From positions 1 to 64,000 of the IMG/VR virus record IMGVR_UViG_3300047284_000202: a DNA stretch of 64,000 nt, one strand, 5' to 3'. The translations under genes were made by a program, and so were the position numbers. The notes under the pieces are model-generated. The model saw only the letters and a list, made by a program, of their open reading frames with translations. It ran no database searches and was not told the origin of the DNA. Every line of letters starts with the position of its first letter. Within the stretch, counting starts at the first letter, position 1. This stretch comes from a virus. Shown here in pieces: positions 35,784 to 45,933 of this stretch.

Positions 35784-37262
35784 ATGAAACTCAATCAACT
35801 GATGCTTGCACCTGTTGCTCTGGGAATGGTTGCTCCTGTTGCTGCGAATGCCGCAGACCTTAATATGGCAGCAGTCAATCAATATTCCTCAGAACAGGTT
35901 ACAAGTGTTTCGCAACTGTCTGATGTCCGTCCTACCGATTGGGCATATCAGGCACTCACTAATCTCGTTGACCGTTATGGTTGCGTTGCTGGTTATCCTA
36001 ACGGCACCTATGGTGGTGGTCGTGCTATGACTCGTTATGAGGCAGCAGCACTTCTGAATGCTTGTCTCGATCGTGTGACTGAAGTTACTGATGAACTCAA
36101 ACGTCTTACTAGTGAGTTTGCTGCTGAACTTACTGTTCTTCGTGGTCGTGTTGACGGACTTGAAGCTAAAGTTGGTCAACTGGAAGCAACTCAATTCTCT
36201 ACCACTACCAAACTGAAGGGTGAAGCAAATTTCATTCTCGGTGGTGTTCCTGGTGCTCGTACCACGAACGGTGCTAATGTTGGAAACACTGCTTTCAACT
36301 ATGATCTTCGTCTGAACTTTGATACTTCGTTTACTGGTAAGGACTTGCTCCGTACTCGTCTTCGTTCTGGCAACTTCAGTGCTCAACCTTTCGGTTCCAG
36401 TTCTTCAATCCTGAAACTGGATAAGGCAGAGACTTACGAAAATCAAGTTACTCTTGACCGTCTGTACTACAGTTTCCCTGCACTTGCTAAGGGTGTAACT
36501 CTTACTGCAGGTCCTCTGGTTCGTAACACTGAGATGGCATGGATTCCTACTGCCTACCGTTCAGAAATCCTTGACTTCTTCACCACTGCTGGTGTTCCTG
36601 GTGTCTATAACAAGGCAACTGGAGCTGGTTTCGGTGCTCAGTATGTTCAACCTGGTAAGAAAGGTGGATTTGTTGCTGGTGTAAACTATGTTGCCCAAAA
36701 TGGTGATAACAGTGACACTGGTGTGTTCAATGAGCAAGGTGCTCTGAATACCCTGGCACAAATCGGTTATCGTGCCCCTCAGTACGGTATTGCTTTTGGT
36801 TATCGTTATGGTACTCAAGGCACCCGTGTTCGTACCTACAATGGTCTTCTCGGTGCTAACGGTACTCTTGCTGCTAACCAAACCTCGAATGGTTATGCTG
36901 TGAATGCTTACTGGCAACCCAAGACATCTGGCATCATTCCTTCTGTGAGTGGTGGTTATGGTTGGAACACTGTCAGTGGACCTTCGACTCCTAGAAATGC
37001 AACCAACACCTCTACTTGGTTTGCTGGTCTTCAGTGGAGTGATGTGTTCGGCAAAGGCAATGGTGCTGGTATTGCTTATGGTCAACCTGGCAATGCTGCT
37101 GGTCTCAGTGAGAAAGCTGGTCTGCTTGAAATTTTCTATAAGTATCGTGTAAGTGATAACATCAGCATTACTCCTGCTGTTATCTACGTTGCTAATAACC
37201 AAGCATTCCAAGGTTCTTCCTCTAACTGGGGTGGTGTGATTCAGACGAAGTTTACGTTCTGA
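35784..37262 (+). CDS. Cyanobacterial outer-membrane porin (Som/OprB type, SLH domain)
   Basis: Signal peptide; DVRPTDWAYQAL...TRYEAAALLNACL; QFSTTTKLKGE; terminal Phe. Confidence 0.93.
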   Translation: MKLNQLMLAPVALGMVAPVAANAADLNMAAVNQYSSEQVTSVSQLSDVRPTDWAYQALTNLVDRYGCVAGYPNGTYGGGRAMTRYEAAALLNACLDRVTEVTDELKRLTSEFAAELTVLRGRVDGLEAKVGQLEATQFSTTTKLKGEANFILGGVPGARTTNGANVGNTAFNYDLRLNFDTSFTGKDLLRTRLRSGNFSAQPFGSSSSILKLDKAETYENQVTLDRLYYSFPALAKGVTLTAGPLVRNTEMAWIPTAYRSEILDFFTTAGVPGVYNKATGAGFGAQYVQPGKKGGFVAGVNYVAQNGDNSDTGVFNEQGALNTLAQIGYRAPQYGIAFGYRYGTQGTRVRTYNGLLGANGTLAANQTSNGYAVNAYWQPKTSGIIPSVSGGYGWNTVSGPSTPRNATNTSTWFAGLQWSDVFGKGNGAGIAYGQPGNAAGLSEKAGLLEIFYKYRVSDNISITPAVIYVANNQAFQGSSSNWGGVIQTKFTF

Positions 37263-37322
37263 TACCTTCGGGGGGTTGACGGACCCCCCTTCCACCATAT
37301 ATAATGTGGTGGTCAAACAAAT

Positions 37323-37407
37323 GGAAGTGTGGCCGAGTGGTTGAAGGCACTTGTCTTGAAAACAAGCATGGTGAAAGCCATCGTGGGTTCGAATCCTACC
37401 ACTTCCG
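37323..37407 (+). tRNA. tRNA-Ser(TGA)
   Basis: CTTGT-ctTGAaa-ACAAG; long variable arm; TTGACG-18-TATAAT upstream. Confidence 0.94.
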
Positions 37408-37541
37408 TTGGTACTCGTTAGGCAGATAGCCTAGAAGGAGACCAAATTATCACATGCGCCTGGAGATAAACTTGTCTGCTGTGATAAGATAGAGGGTAAG
37501 TCACTGTTATATCCTTGAGGTATATCACACTTACTCCATCT

Positions 37542-37615
37542 CGGAATGTAGCTCAGTTTGGTAGAGCACTGCTTTTGGGAAGCAGGGGCCGTAGGTTCGA
37601 ATCCTATCATTCCGA
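37542..37615 (+). tRNA. tRNA-Pro(TGG)
   Basis: CTGCT-ttTGGga-AGCAG. Confidence 0.94.
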
Positions 37616-37637
37616 TTCCGTAAATAATGGAGCAAAG

Positions 37638-37886
37638 ATGTCAACACCTAACGTAACTGTAATTTATACCAAGAAAGGTTGTCCCTTTTGCGATAAGATT
37701 AAAGAGGTTTATAATCTCAAGGGGTGGAGTTATACTGAGTATGTTCTTGATGAACAATTCAATAGGGACCAATTCTATAATGAGTTCGGACCTGGTGCGA
37801 CATTCCCACAAGTCATTATTGATAATAAGAAGACTGGTGGAGCATCCGATACTATTCAATACTTTAAAAATAATGGTTTAGTCTGA
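37638..37886 (+). CDS. nrdC: Glutaredoxin
   Basis: YTKKGCPFC...TFPQV...GG. Confidence 0.92.
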   Translation: MSTPNVTVIYTKKGCPFCDKIKEVYNLKGWSYTEYVLDEQFNRDQFYNEFGPGATFPQVIIDNKKTGGASDTIQYFKNNGLV

Positions 37887-37959
37887 CAATAAATAGTTTT
37901 GCCATTACAAAAACAAGGAGGTTGGGTTTCGTAATAGAGGTAGTTTAACGGAGGAACCC

Positions 37960-38199
37960 ATGAGCAGTATTGAGTTTTTATACCTGTCATTCTTTATGAC
38001 AGTCGGAACATTTATTGGTGGATTTATTTTATCTTGGATCACCAAAGATTACGTAGAGGCATTCATTGATAATGCCTCATACGCAAAGGCAATTGTGCAT
38101 CCCGAAATGCTAGACGATGATGGAAGTGTTTTAAGGGATGAGTTGATTTACTTGCATTTCTCAGATGAGGATGCTATGATGGATGAGGAAGACGATTAA
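37960..38199 (+). CDS. Membrane-anchored hypothetical protein
   Basis: TM helix followed by HPEMLDDDG. Confidence 0.75.
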   Translation: MSSIEFLYLSFFMTVGTFIGGFILSWITKDYVEAFIDNASYAKAIVHPEMLDDDGSVLRDELIYLHFSDEDAMMDEEDD

Positions 38200-38207
38200 G
38201 GTCTATT

Positions 38208-39086
38208 ATGATTCTCATTGACATGAATCAGGTGATGATTTCAAACCTGATGGTGCACTTGACACAAAATCAAGAAATTGAAGAAGGACTAGTTCGACAT
38301 ATGGTTCTGAATTCACTTCGAATGTTTCGTTCGAAGTTTTACAAGGAATATGGTGAACTGGTCCTTTGTTATGACTCCAAAAATTATTGGAGGAAGAAAG
38401 TATTTCCTTTCTATAAAGGAACCCGAAAACGAGATAGGGAAAAGTCAGCACACAACTGGTCGAATATTTTTGATACTCTGAATAAACTTCGAGATGAGTT
38501 TAGAGAGAATCTTCCTTATCCGATTATGGATGTTGATGGTGCTGAGGCAGATGATATTATTGCTGTACTCTGTAAGTATCAAGGCACAATTAATATTCGT
38601 CTGCAGAAAGATATGCAGCCTGCAGTAAAAGTCCTCATTTTATCTGGTGATAAAGACTTTATTCAATTGCAGAAGTATAAGTTTGTGAGACAGTACAATC
38701 CAATCCAGAAGAAATTTGTTTCTGGAATTGATCCAAAACTATACATTCTTGAACACACTATCAAGGGTGATAGGTCTGATGGAATTCCTAATTTCCTTTC
38801 AGAGGATGATACTTTTGTAGAAAACAAAAGACAGAAACCATTGTCCAAAAAGAACATTGAACGATGGTTGGAAATGTCACCAGAGCAGTTTTGTCAAACT
38901 GATGAAATCCTGCAACAGTACAATAGAAATAAACAACTGATTGATTTCACTTGTATACCAAATGACGTAGAGCAAAATATTATAGATAGTTATGAATCCA
39001 TTACCCTGAACAAAAAGGGTAGACTTTACGAATACTTCATTAGGTATGGTCTTAATGAAATGCTTGACAAAATAGGAGATTTTTAA
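38208..39086 (+). CDS. rnh: T4-type RNase H (5'-3' exonuclease)
   Basis: MILIDMNQ; YWRK; EADDIIA; SGDKDFIQL; GDRSDGIPN. Confidence 0.95.
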   Translation: MILIDMNQVMISNLMVHLTQNQEIEEGLVRHMVLNSLRMFRSKFYKEYGELVLCYDSKNYWRKKVFPFYKGTRKRDREKSAHNWSNIFDTLNKLRDEFRENLPYPIMDVDGAEADDIIAVLCKYQGTINIRLQKDMQPAVKVLILSGDKDFIQLQKYKFVRQYNPIQKKFVSGIDPKLYILEHTIKGDRSDGIPNFLSEDDTFVENKRQKPLSKKNIERWLEMSPEQFCQTDEILQQYNRNKQLIDFTCIPNDVEQNIIDSYESITLNKKGRLYEYFIRYGLNEMLDKIGDF

Positions 39087-39087
39087 A

Positions 39088-39525
39088 ATGAGATTGTTAA
39101 TTTCTGAAGTGCTACAAAAAGTATCTAACGCAAAAACAAAGGCAGAGAAAATTTCTCTCCTTCAAAAGTATAATACCCAAACTCTCAGATCAATTTTGAT
39201 TTGGAATTTTGATGAGTCGGTCGTATCACTTATTCCAGATGGGGAAGTTCCCTACCGTCCCAATGAAGCACCAATTGGAACTGAACATACTCTACTGGAA
39301 CAAGAGTCAAAGAGATTTTATTATTTCGTTGCAAATGGTAGGACCAACATCCCCCAGATGAAAAGGGAAAACATGTTCATCCAAATGCTAGAGGGTCTTC
39401 ATAAAGATGAAGCTGAGGTGATGGTTCTGATTAAGGATCAAAAACTTGGAACTAAGTATCGGATTACAAAGGCAACCGTTCAGGAAGCATTTCCTGAGAT
39501 TGTTTGGGGGAATCGTGGTGCATGA
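39088..39525 (+). CDS. Conserved T4-like hypothetical protein
   Basis: PDGEVPY...KRENMFIQMLEGLH. Confidence 0.8.
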   Translation: MRLLISEVLQKVSNAKTKAEKISLLQKYNTQTLRSILIWNFDESVVSLIPDGEVPYRPNEAPIGTEHTLLEQESKRFYYFVANGRTNIPQMKRENMFIQMLEGLHKDEAEVMVLIKDQKLGTKYRITKATVQEAFPEIVWGNRGA

Positions 39526-39806
39526 AGTATAATTGCAAAGTTTTTAGACATGATTGCTCCCCATCGGATGCCGAAGATAAATCTCTTCCAACTAATTCTT
39601 ATCTTGTGAAATATGTTATAGAGGGATATATCAAATATGACATTGCAATTTCACATAAGAGGGTAGAAATTTTTGATTATTACTATGACCTTTTAAAAGA
39701 TGATGAGAACAGTGAAATTCTATCAATTGAATGGACATCGGGTAGGATAAATCCAAGACTTTGGAATAATCCGAACGATAAGAAACAAGAAAAGAAAAAG
39801 AAATGA
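39522..39806 (+). CDS. Conserved hypothetical protein
   Basis: LPTNSYLVKY...IFDYYYD...GRINPRLW. Confidence 0.7.
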   Translation: MKYNCKVFRHDCSPSDAEDKSLPTNSYLVKYVIEGYIKYDIAISHKRVEIFDYYYDLLKDDENSEILSIEWTSGRINPRLWNNPNDKKQEKKKK

Positions 39807-40204
39807 ACTTTAATTTTGGGAAAAAGAAACCAGACATTAAGCAGTATGCGATTATTGGAATTGTTTTATCAACAATAATCGCAACTCTATCTCAATGTAC
39901 TGGTGTTTCCGAAATTAAACTCTGGGATCTTTTCGATGAAGTCCAAAGAAAATATTTCCCAGGAACAATTCTCAATGAGTTTGTGATTAAAGATCCTGAA
40001 AAATTAGATAGAAGGATCAAACGTGATGTTGACAAAGCCATTGATGATTACTGGGAATCTATTGGAGAAAGACCTGCTGAGGTTTCACCTCCAGTGTATT
40101 CAGAAAAAGCACCTGATGGATCTAAGGCACAAGAATTATTAGGTGGAGAAATGAGATTGTGTGCCCCATGGGTTCCTGATTGTCCTAAAGAAAATGAAAA
40201 ATAA
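39803..40204 (+). CDS. Membrane-anchored hypothetical protein
   Basis: N-terminal TM; ATGA overlap. Confidence 0.7.
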   Translation: MNFNFGKKKPDIKQYAIIGIVLSTIIATLSQCTGVSEIKLWDLFDEVQRKYFPGTILNEFVIKDPEKLDRRIKRDVDKAIDDYWESIGERPAEVSPPVYSEKAPDGSKAQELLGGEMRLCAPWVPDCPKENEK

Positions 40205-40472
40205 GACTACAATTTTCCTCGATCCCAGAGCACTTGATGTTAAGGAAGAAGAGGAACGACAAAAACAATTAGAAGAACAAAAAGAACAAGAAGAAAAAGA
40301 AGAAGCTGCATTGCTAGGATATTCCTTCGTAATGTTCCTTGCCAAACCATTGGTTCTTATGTTATTATGGAACTGGACATTACCAGCACTTGCACCGATT
40401 GCAGCAATCAATTACTTGCAGAGCATGTCAATCTACGTTATGTCCCATATTATTTTTAGAGGTAAAAAATGA
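40194..40472 (+). CDS. Small membrane protein
   Basis: Glu-rich segment followed by LMLLWNWTLP. Confidence 0.65.
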   Translation: MKNKTTIFLDPRALDVKEEEERQKQLEEQKEQEEKEEAALLGYSFVMFLAKPLVLMLLWNWTLPALAPIAAINYLQSMSIYVMSHIIFRGKK

Positions 40473-41164
40473 GCAAAGTTTGTTTAGTTTCGGTGACCCC
40501 AGATGCAGAAAAGACAATGGCATATATTGCTAGAGTTAGCAATCCTGCGAATCAAGACAACGAAAACTATGCCAAGTTGCTTGGTTATTGCATTAAGCAT
40601 AATCATTGGTCTGTGTTTGAACAGGCTACTATGAGCTTGGAGATTGAAACGAATCGTGGCATCGCAGCTCAGATTTTGCGTCATCGTTCGTTTACATTTC
40701 AAGAGTTTTCGCAACGATATGCAGATGCTTCTCTTTTGACTGAAGAGATTCCTGTTCCCGAACTTCGTAAGCAGGACACTAAGAATCGTCAGAACTCTAC
40801 TGATGATCTTGATCCCGAACTAAAGAGAAGTTTTGAACGTCGTACTAAGCATCTCTTTGCAGATATTATGGATCTGTATGATGATATGCTTTCTGCAGGA
40901 GTGGCAAAGGAGTCTGCTCGTTTTGTATTGCCTTTGGCAACTCCAACTCGTATCTATATGACTGGATCATGCAGGTCGTGGATCCATTATATCAATCTTC
41001 GTTCTGCCAACGGAACTCAGAAAGAACATATGGATATTGCTCAAGCAGCAAAGAAAGTGTTCATCTGTCAGTTCCCTACTGTTGCTGAAGCACTTGGATG
41101 GTGTGACGGTAAGTGTGACTGTAGGGATTGGGAAACTGTTCAACCTTGTATTAGGATCGACTGA
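40469..41164 (+). CDS. thyX: Flavin-dependent thymidylate synthase
   Basis: HWSVFEQ; QILRHRSFTFQEFSQRY; TQKEH. Confidence 0.97.
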   Translation: MSKVCLVSVTPDAEKTMAYIARVSNPANQDNENYAKLLGYCIKHNHWSVFEQATMSLEIETNRGIAAQILRHRSFTFQEFSQRYADASLLTEEIPVPELRKQDTKNRQNSTDDLDPELKRSFERRTKHLFADIMDLYDDMLSAGVAKESARFVLPLATPTRIYMTGSCRSWIHYINLRSANGTQKEHMDIAQAAKKVFICQFPTVAEALGWCDGKCDCRDWETVQPCIRID

Positions 41165-41165
41165 T

Positions 41166-41351
41166 ATGTACTATGAATATCTACATCAGGAAGGTATGTT
41201 TACCGAATGGATAACATGCCAAGTATTAGATAATCTATCAGACAAAACTAAAATTTATATTCGATATAAATTAGGTCATGGTGAGTATGAAACTTGGGTT
41301 CCTGGTAATAGAATTCGATTAGTTATAAATTCAATGGAGACATCACAATGA
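41166..41351 (+). CDS. Hypothetical protein
   Basis: 61-aa ORF after thyX. Confidence 0.5.
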   Translation: MYYEYLHQEGMFTEWITCQVLDNLSDKTKIYIRYKLGHGEYETWVPGNRIRLVINSMETSQ

Positions 41352-41505
41352 ACAATCAAGAAGTAATTCAAATGGCAAAAGATTGTGGATTAATTTACAA
41401 TAACAATCATGACATCCTTGAATTTTACCAAAAGATCCGCAAGGAACTGAAAAAAGAATTTGCAGAGCCCGCAAAAACCAATAAATAAAACCAAGGAGTG
41501 TTGAT

Positions 41506-41736
41506 ATGCCTACTTATCCCGTAAAACATAAAGAAACTGGAGAAACTCAAGATCTCTACATGTCAGTAGCTGATTATGAGCAATGGAGAAAAGACAATCC
41601 TGACTGGGATAAAGACTGGTCTAAGGGTATTGGTGGTGTAACCTATGGTGAACCAAAACAATCCGATGGTTTCAAAGAAGTTATGAGAAAAGTGCAAGAC
41701 GCACATCCAAGAGCAAACCTTAGTAGATTTACATAA
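41506..41736 (+). CDS. Conserved hypothetical protein upstream of phoH
   Basis: MPTYPVKHKETGE...; AAGGAG RBS. Confidence 0.8.
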   Translation: MPTYPVKHKETGETQDLYMSVADYEQWRKDNPDWDKDWSKGIGGVTYGEPKQSDGFKEVMRKVQDAHPRANLSRFT

Positions 41737-41737
41737 C

Positions 41738-42496
41738 ATGCCAGTAAGAACTCGCAAGAACAAGGTTAACGGCAACGGCAATGGAATGAGTGCTAAACAA
41801 ATGAGACGAAAGAAACCCATTAATAATGAGCATTTAATCAATATTACACCACTAACCGAAGGACAGAAAAGAGTCTTTGAGTGTTGGGAAGATGGAAAAA
41901 ATATGATTCTTCATGGTGCAGCTGGAACTGGTAAAACATTTGTTAGTTTGTATCTTGCTCTTAGGGAAGTCTTGAATCCCAATACACCATACGATAAAAT
42001 TTATGTTGTACGTTCCCTAGTTCCAACTAGAGAAATTGGATTCCTGCCTGGAGACCATGAAGATAAATCAGCACTTTATCAGATTCCATACAAACATATG
42101 GTCAAATATATGTTTGAGATGCCAGATGACAACTCATTTGAAATGCTTTATGATAATCTTAGGGGTCAGGAGACAATCTCTTTTTGGAGTACCTCTTATA
42201 TTCGTGGTGTCACTCTTGATAATTGCATTATTATTGTTGATGAATTCTCAAACTTGAATTTCCATGAACTTGACTCAATGATTACCCGTGTCGGTCAAGA
42301 TGCCAAAATTATTTTCTCGGGTGATATTAGTCAGTCCGATCTCGTCAAGCAGAATGAGAAGAATGGAGTTCTAGACTTCATGAAAATTCTAGAAACTATG
42401 GATGAGTTTTCTTGTATTGAATTTGGTGTTGAGGATATTGTTCGTTCTGGTCTGGTTCGTTCGTATCTTATTAGTAAAATTAATCTTGGATTTTAA
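41738..42496 (+). CDS. phoH: PhoH-like ATPase
   Basis: GAAGTGKT; IGFLPG; IRGVTL; DIVRSGLV. Confidence 0.96.
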   Translation: MPVRTRKNKVNGNGNGMSAKQMRRKKPINNEHLINITPLTEGQKRVFECWEDGKNMILHGAAGTGKTFVSLYLALREVLNPNTPYDKIYVVRSLVPTREIGFLPGDHEDKSALYQIPYKHMVKYMFEMPDDNSFEMLYDNLRGQETISFWSTSYIRGVTLDNCIIIVDEFSNLNFHELDSMITRVGQDAKIIFSGDISQSDLVKQNEKNGVLDFMKILETMDEFSCIEFGVEDIVRSGLVRSYLISKINLGF

Positions 42497-42498
42497 TT

Positions 42499-43167
42499 AT
42501 GTTTAAATTTGTCGGGACTCCAGTTGAATTAAAAGAACTGGAGTCTTTTGAACGTGATGGTAAACGGTATTATGCTGTTCACGATAACATTGAGTATCGT
42601 TCTGTTACAACTGTAACCTCCATCAGAAGTAAGAAAAGTATTGATGCATGGAGAAAACGAGTTGGTGACGAGGTAGCAGATAATATTTCTGAACGTGCCA
42701 CTAGACGAGGGACTGCATTACATGCTATAATTGAGACATACCTCAAGAATGAACTCAAAGAAATTAATGAAGACCCTCTCCCGACTACTCTCTTCAAAGT
42801 ATGTAAGAGTACTCTTGATAGGATTAATAATATTCATGCTCTTGAAGCCCCTCTTTACTCTGATTATTTACGTCTTGCTGGTCGGGTTGATTGTATTTGT
42901 GAGTTTGATGGCATCCTTTCTGTAGTTGACTTCAAATCGGCAAGTAAAAGCAAAGAAGAAGAGTGGATTGAGAATTATTTTGTTCAGGAAACTGCATATG
43001 CAGCAATGTATTATGAAAGAACTGGCATTAAAGTAGAACAGATTGTCACTATCATCGCAACTGAAGATGGGGAGTGTCAAGTATTCATCAAGAATAATCT
43101 CGATGAATATTTTTCTTTATTAAAAGAGTACATTAAAGAGTTTGAGGTCTATAACTCACATGAATGA
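42499..43167 (+). CDS. PD-(D/E)XK exonuclease (T4-like 'exonuclease A', Cas4/RecB-like)
   Basis: SVTTV; RGTALH; LAGRVDC; VDFK; QETAYA. Confidence 0.9.
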   Translation: MFKFVGTPVELKELESFERDGKRYYAVHDNIEYRSVTTVTSIRSKKSIDAWRKRVGDEVADNISERATRRGTALHAIIETYLKNELKEINEDPLPTTLFKVCKSTLDRINNIHALEAPLYSDYLRLAGRVDCICEFDGILSVVDFKSASKSKEEEWIENYFVQETAYAAMYYERTGIKVEQIVTIIATEDGECQVFIKNNLDEYFSLLKEYIKEFEVYNSHE

Positions 43168-43408
43168 TTTTGAAGAAAAATTTATGACTCAAGCAAGATT
43201 TAGTGACGAAGTTGAACGTGTCGTCAAAGACAGTAATGGTTTGACCAATTATATTGATGCAGTTCTTTCAGTTTGTGATAACTATGAAATTGAAATTGAT
43301 ACTGTAAACAAACTAATTTCTAAACCACTGAAAGATAAACTTAAATATGATGCTCAGCAATTGAACTTCATCAAAAGAACTACGATGGGAGTTCTACCTA
43401 TTGTATGA
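43160..43408 (+). CDS. gp33: Late promoter transcription coactivator
   Basis: NYIDAV...LISKPLKDKLKYDAQQLNF. Confidence 0.9.
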   Translation: MNDFEEKFMTQARFSDEVERVVKDSNGLTNYIDAVLSVCDNYEIEIDTVNKLISKPLKDKLKYDAQQLNFIKRTTMGVLPIV

Positions 43409-44025
43409 CTGGGTATGATGTATACAAATTATATTTGTCTGTGAAGTTGCATTTCACCACAGATAACTATAATTTTTTTCAGTATCAAGGAAAAACGAAT
43501 GCATCTAAGGTGACATTCGATAAAAGAAAGGACAAGTATTTTTTTGAGAAGTTAGCAAATAAATATAATCAGGAGGCACTCATAGAATATTTTGTCTCCC
43601 AATTTGTTACACAGCAGGATGTTTGGGTTGGTGATATTGTAAAAGGTCAAGGTGAGAAAAACTATTACTCTTGGAAGAAAAAAACACAATCACTAGAAGA
43701 AACTTTTACAAATGAGTTAGATAATTTATTGTCTCTTATTCAAGAACCATACCAGAATAATTTTGATAAATTATTTCAATGCAATCAAGGCAGCACACAT
43801 CCACTTATACTCAGAGCATATTTTAAAAAGACGATTGGATTAGAGACCTTGGTTATTTTCAATAAAGTATTACCTTTTATCAAAGACTTGGACAAGAAAT
43901 TGTCAGATCCAATGTGGTTGACAACTAAAAATAAAATCTTGAGATATGCCCCATTCCTGCATGTGAATAGTATGGAGTATAGAAACATCATCAAGAATAA
44001 GGTAATTAAATGTCAGAGTTTTTAA
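43405..44025 (+). CDS. gp59: Helicase loader
   Basis: YKLYLSVKLHF...FDKRKDKYFFEKL. Confidence 0.9.
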   Translation: MTGYDVYKLYLSVKLHFTTDNYNFFQYQGKTNASKVTFDKRKDKYFFEKLANKYNQEALIEYFVSQFVTQQDVWVGDIVKGQGEKNYYSWKKKTQSLEETFTNELDNLLSLIQEPYQNNFDKLFQCNQGSTHPLILRAYFKKTIGLETLVIFNKVLPFIKDLDKKLSDPMWLTTKNKILRYAPFLHVNSMEYRNIIKNKVIKCQSF

Positions 44026-44330
44026 GATCGGAAATTGTACAAAAAGAATTGTACGAAATGCAAAGGTTATACGATCGTCTTTCGAATATTGTTGAGCATC
44101 TAGCAAACTTAAGTAAAGAAGAAAAGACGGAATTTTTAGAACAAACTAAGATGCTAATCGAAAAGCAAAAAGTTTTTCATGCAAGATTGAAACTTGCTTC
44201 TTACGACGACGAAAAAATTAAAGAGATCGTGGATAATATGGATAGATTGTCTATGGTGTTTTGTGGTTCACCCATGACCACTGTTCTCAACACGATGTCT
44301 GATAAGTTAAACTCATACCTCCCCTCTTGA
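44010..44330 (+). CDS. Conserved hypothetical protein
   Basis: SEIVQKEL...LIEKQKVFHARL; between gp59 and gp32. Confidence 0.75.
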   Translation: MSEFLRSEIVQKELYEMQRLYDRLSNIVEHLANLSKEEKTEFLEQTKMLIEKQKVFHARLKLASYDDEKIKEIVDNMDRLSMVFCGSPMTTVLNTMSDKLNSYLPS

Positions 44331-44413
44331 CGGAGGCTAAATAGTGTGCTATCCTTAATGGGTGGCACACAGACAAACCACAGGCCAAATACTAAAACAA
44401 TACGGAGAAATAC

Positions 44414-45370
44414 ATGTCTTTTTCTAATCTCAAGCGCAATTCTGGTTCGGCATTCGACAAACTCACTAAAGAAATCGAAAAGATTTCAAACCCCGAAAGT
44501 GGTTCTAGTGCAGATACTCGATTCTGGAAACCAGAAATGGACAAATCTGGTAATGGATTCGCAGTGATTCGATTCCTTCCAGAACCTGAAGGTGAAGATA
44601 TTCCTTGGGCAAAAGTGTGGTCCCATGCTTTCCAAGGTCCTGGTGGATGGTATATTGAAAACTCACTCACCACTATGGGTAAGAAAGATCCAGTTGGTGA
44701 AATGAATCGTGAACTCTGGAACTCAGGTCATGATTCTGATAAGGAGATTGCACGTAAGCAAAAACGTAAACTCTCCTACTACACGAACATCTATGTTGTA
44801 AGTGATCCTCTTCATCCCGAAAATGAAGGCAAAGTGTTCCTTTATAAGTTCGGTAAGAAGATCTTTGATAAGATCATGGAAACCATGCAACCTCAGTTTG
44901 CAGATGAAACTCCCATCAATCCTTTTGATTTCTGGCAGGGTGCAAACTTCAAACTGAAGATTGTTAAGAAGGATGGTTATTGGAACTACGATAAGTCCGA
45001 GTTTGCCTCTCCTTCGGTTCTTGGTGATTTCTCTGACGATAAGTTGGAGAGTATTTGGAAGACCCAATACTCCCTTAAGGAGTTCACCGATGAAAGTAAT
45101 TTCAAAACTTACGAAGAACTTGAAGCACGTCTTAACATCGTTCTTAATACGGTTAAGAAAGCATCTCGTCGTGTGGATCAAGAAACTGAAGAGGACGAAG
45201 AGTGGACCCCAAGCACCTCAACTTCGACTGCATTCGGTGCACGGAAAGAGTCATCCTGGAACGAGGAGATTACATCCTTCCGAAATACAACGGTTGCTTC
45301 AGTTGCAGAAACTGATGATGATGAGGAAGACAAAATGAGTTACTTTGCTCGTCTTGCGGAGGAAGACTGA
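44414..45370 (+). CDS. gp32: Single-stranded DNA-binding protein
   Basis: DKSGNGFAVIRFLP; WYIENSLTT; acidic tail; TTGACG-17-TATCCT upstream. Confidence 0.97.
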   Translation: MSFSNLKRNSGSAFDKLTKEIEKISNPESGSSADTRFWKPEMDKSGNGFAVIRFLPEPEGEDIPWAKVWSHAFQGPGGWYIENSLTTMGKKDPVGEMNRELWNSGHDSDKEIARKQKRKLSYYTNIYVVSDPLHPENEGKVFLYKFGKKIFDKIMETMQPQFADETPINPFDFWQGANFKLKIVKKDGYWNYDKSEFASPSVLGDFSDDKLESIWKTQYSLKEFTDESNFKTYEELEARLNIVLNTVKKASRRVDQETEEDEEWTPSTSTSTAFGARKESSWNEEITSFRNTTVASVAETDDDEEDKMSYFARLAEED

Positions 45371-45530
45371 TGTATATTGCAACGAGAGAAGTGGGTCAAA
45401 CCAAACTCTATTACCAGAACGATGGTCAATGGACGATAGATAGATCTAGGGCAATGGAATTTGAAACTTCAGACGAAGCACATGTGACTTCTAATTTCCA
45501 TCAAATGTATGATGTTCTTGTGGAATCGGT

Positions 45531-45791
45531 ATGAAACACATTCTTATTTCCTTTGGTGCCCTACTCTCTCTTTGCACTCCTGCATATGCTCAGTACATAC
45601 CTGGTACTATTCCTGGATGCGATAGATTTAATGGAGTCTATGTCTGCGGAGATGGATATGGAAGACGATGGATTCCCCTCCCGAGACAAAGATATGTGCG
45701 GGAGTATTATGAATATGCACCTCCTTGCAGTTCATCGACTCTTACTATTCTAGGAGTACCAATCATTGGATCGACAACCATATGTCAGTAA
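45531..45791 (+). CDS. Secreted hypothetical protein
   Basis: Signal-peptide-like MKHILISFGALLSLCTPAYA. Confidence 0.6.
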   Translation: MKHILISFGALLSLCTPAYAQYIPGTIPGCDRFNGVYVCGDGYGRRWIPLPRQRYVREYYEYAPPCSSSTLTILGVPIIGSTTICQ

Positions 45792-45902
45792 CACCTAAGG
45801 AACAGTTTGAATACATTTGGATTTGTCTTAAGGAAACTATAAAAATTCTTAGGACCCCAAAACGAAAATGACCCTTTAATTCCCAAAAGGTGCCGAAAAA
45901 TT

Positions 45903-45933
45903 CCCCAGGAAAAAATCGTTCCTGGGGTTTTTT
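45903..45933. terminator. Terminator between convergent units
   Basis: CCCCAGGAA/TTCCTGGGG plus T run. Confidence 0.75.

Noticed and set aside
36561-37316. Long antisense ORFs over the porin, mazG and tape-measure-like genes
   Set aside because: Mirror-frame shadows of strongly biased genes
37323-37407. tRNA with TGA anticodon (and the TAG/TAA ones) as stop suppressors or genetic recoding
   Set aside because: These anticodons read UCA, CUA and UUA; all three stop codons end genes normally here
37515-37637. N-terminal extension of glutaredoxin
   Set aside because: Overlaps tRNA-Pro; GGAG RBS supports ATG 37638
42499-43167. Cas4-like nuclease as a sign of a CRISPR system
   Set aside because: Core T4-like gene between phoH and gp33; no repeat-spacer array seen in the window
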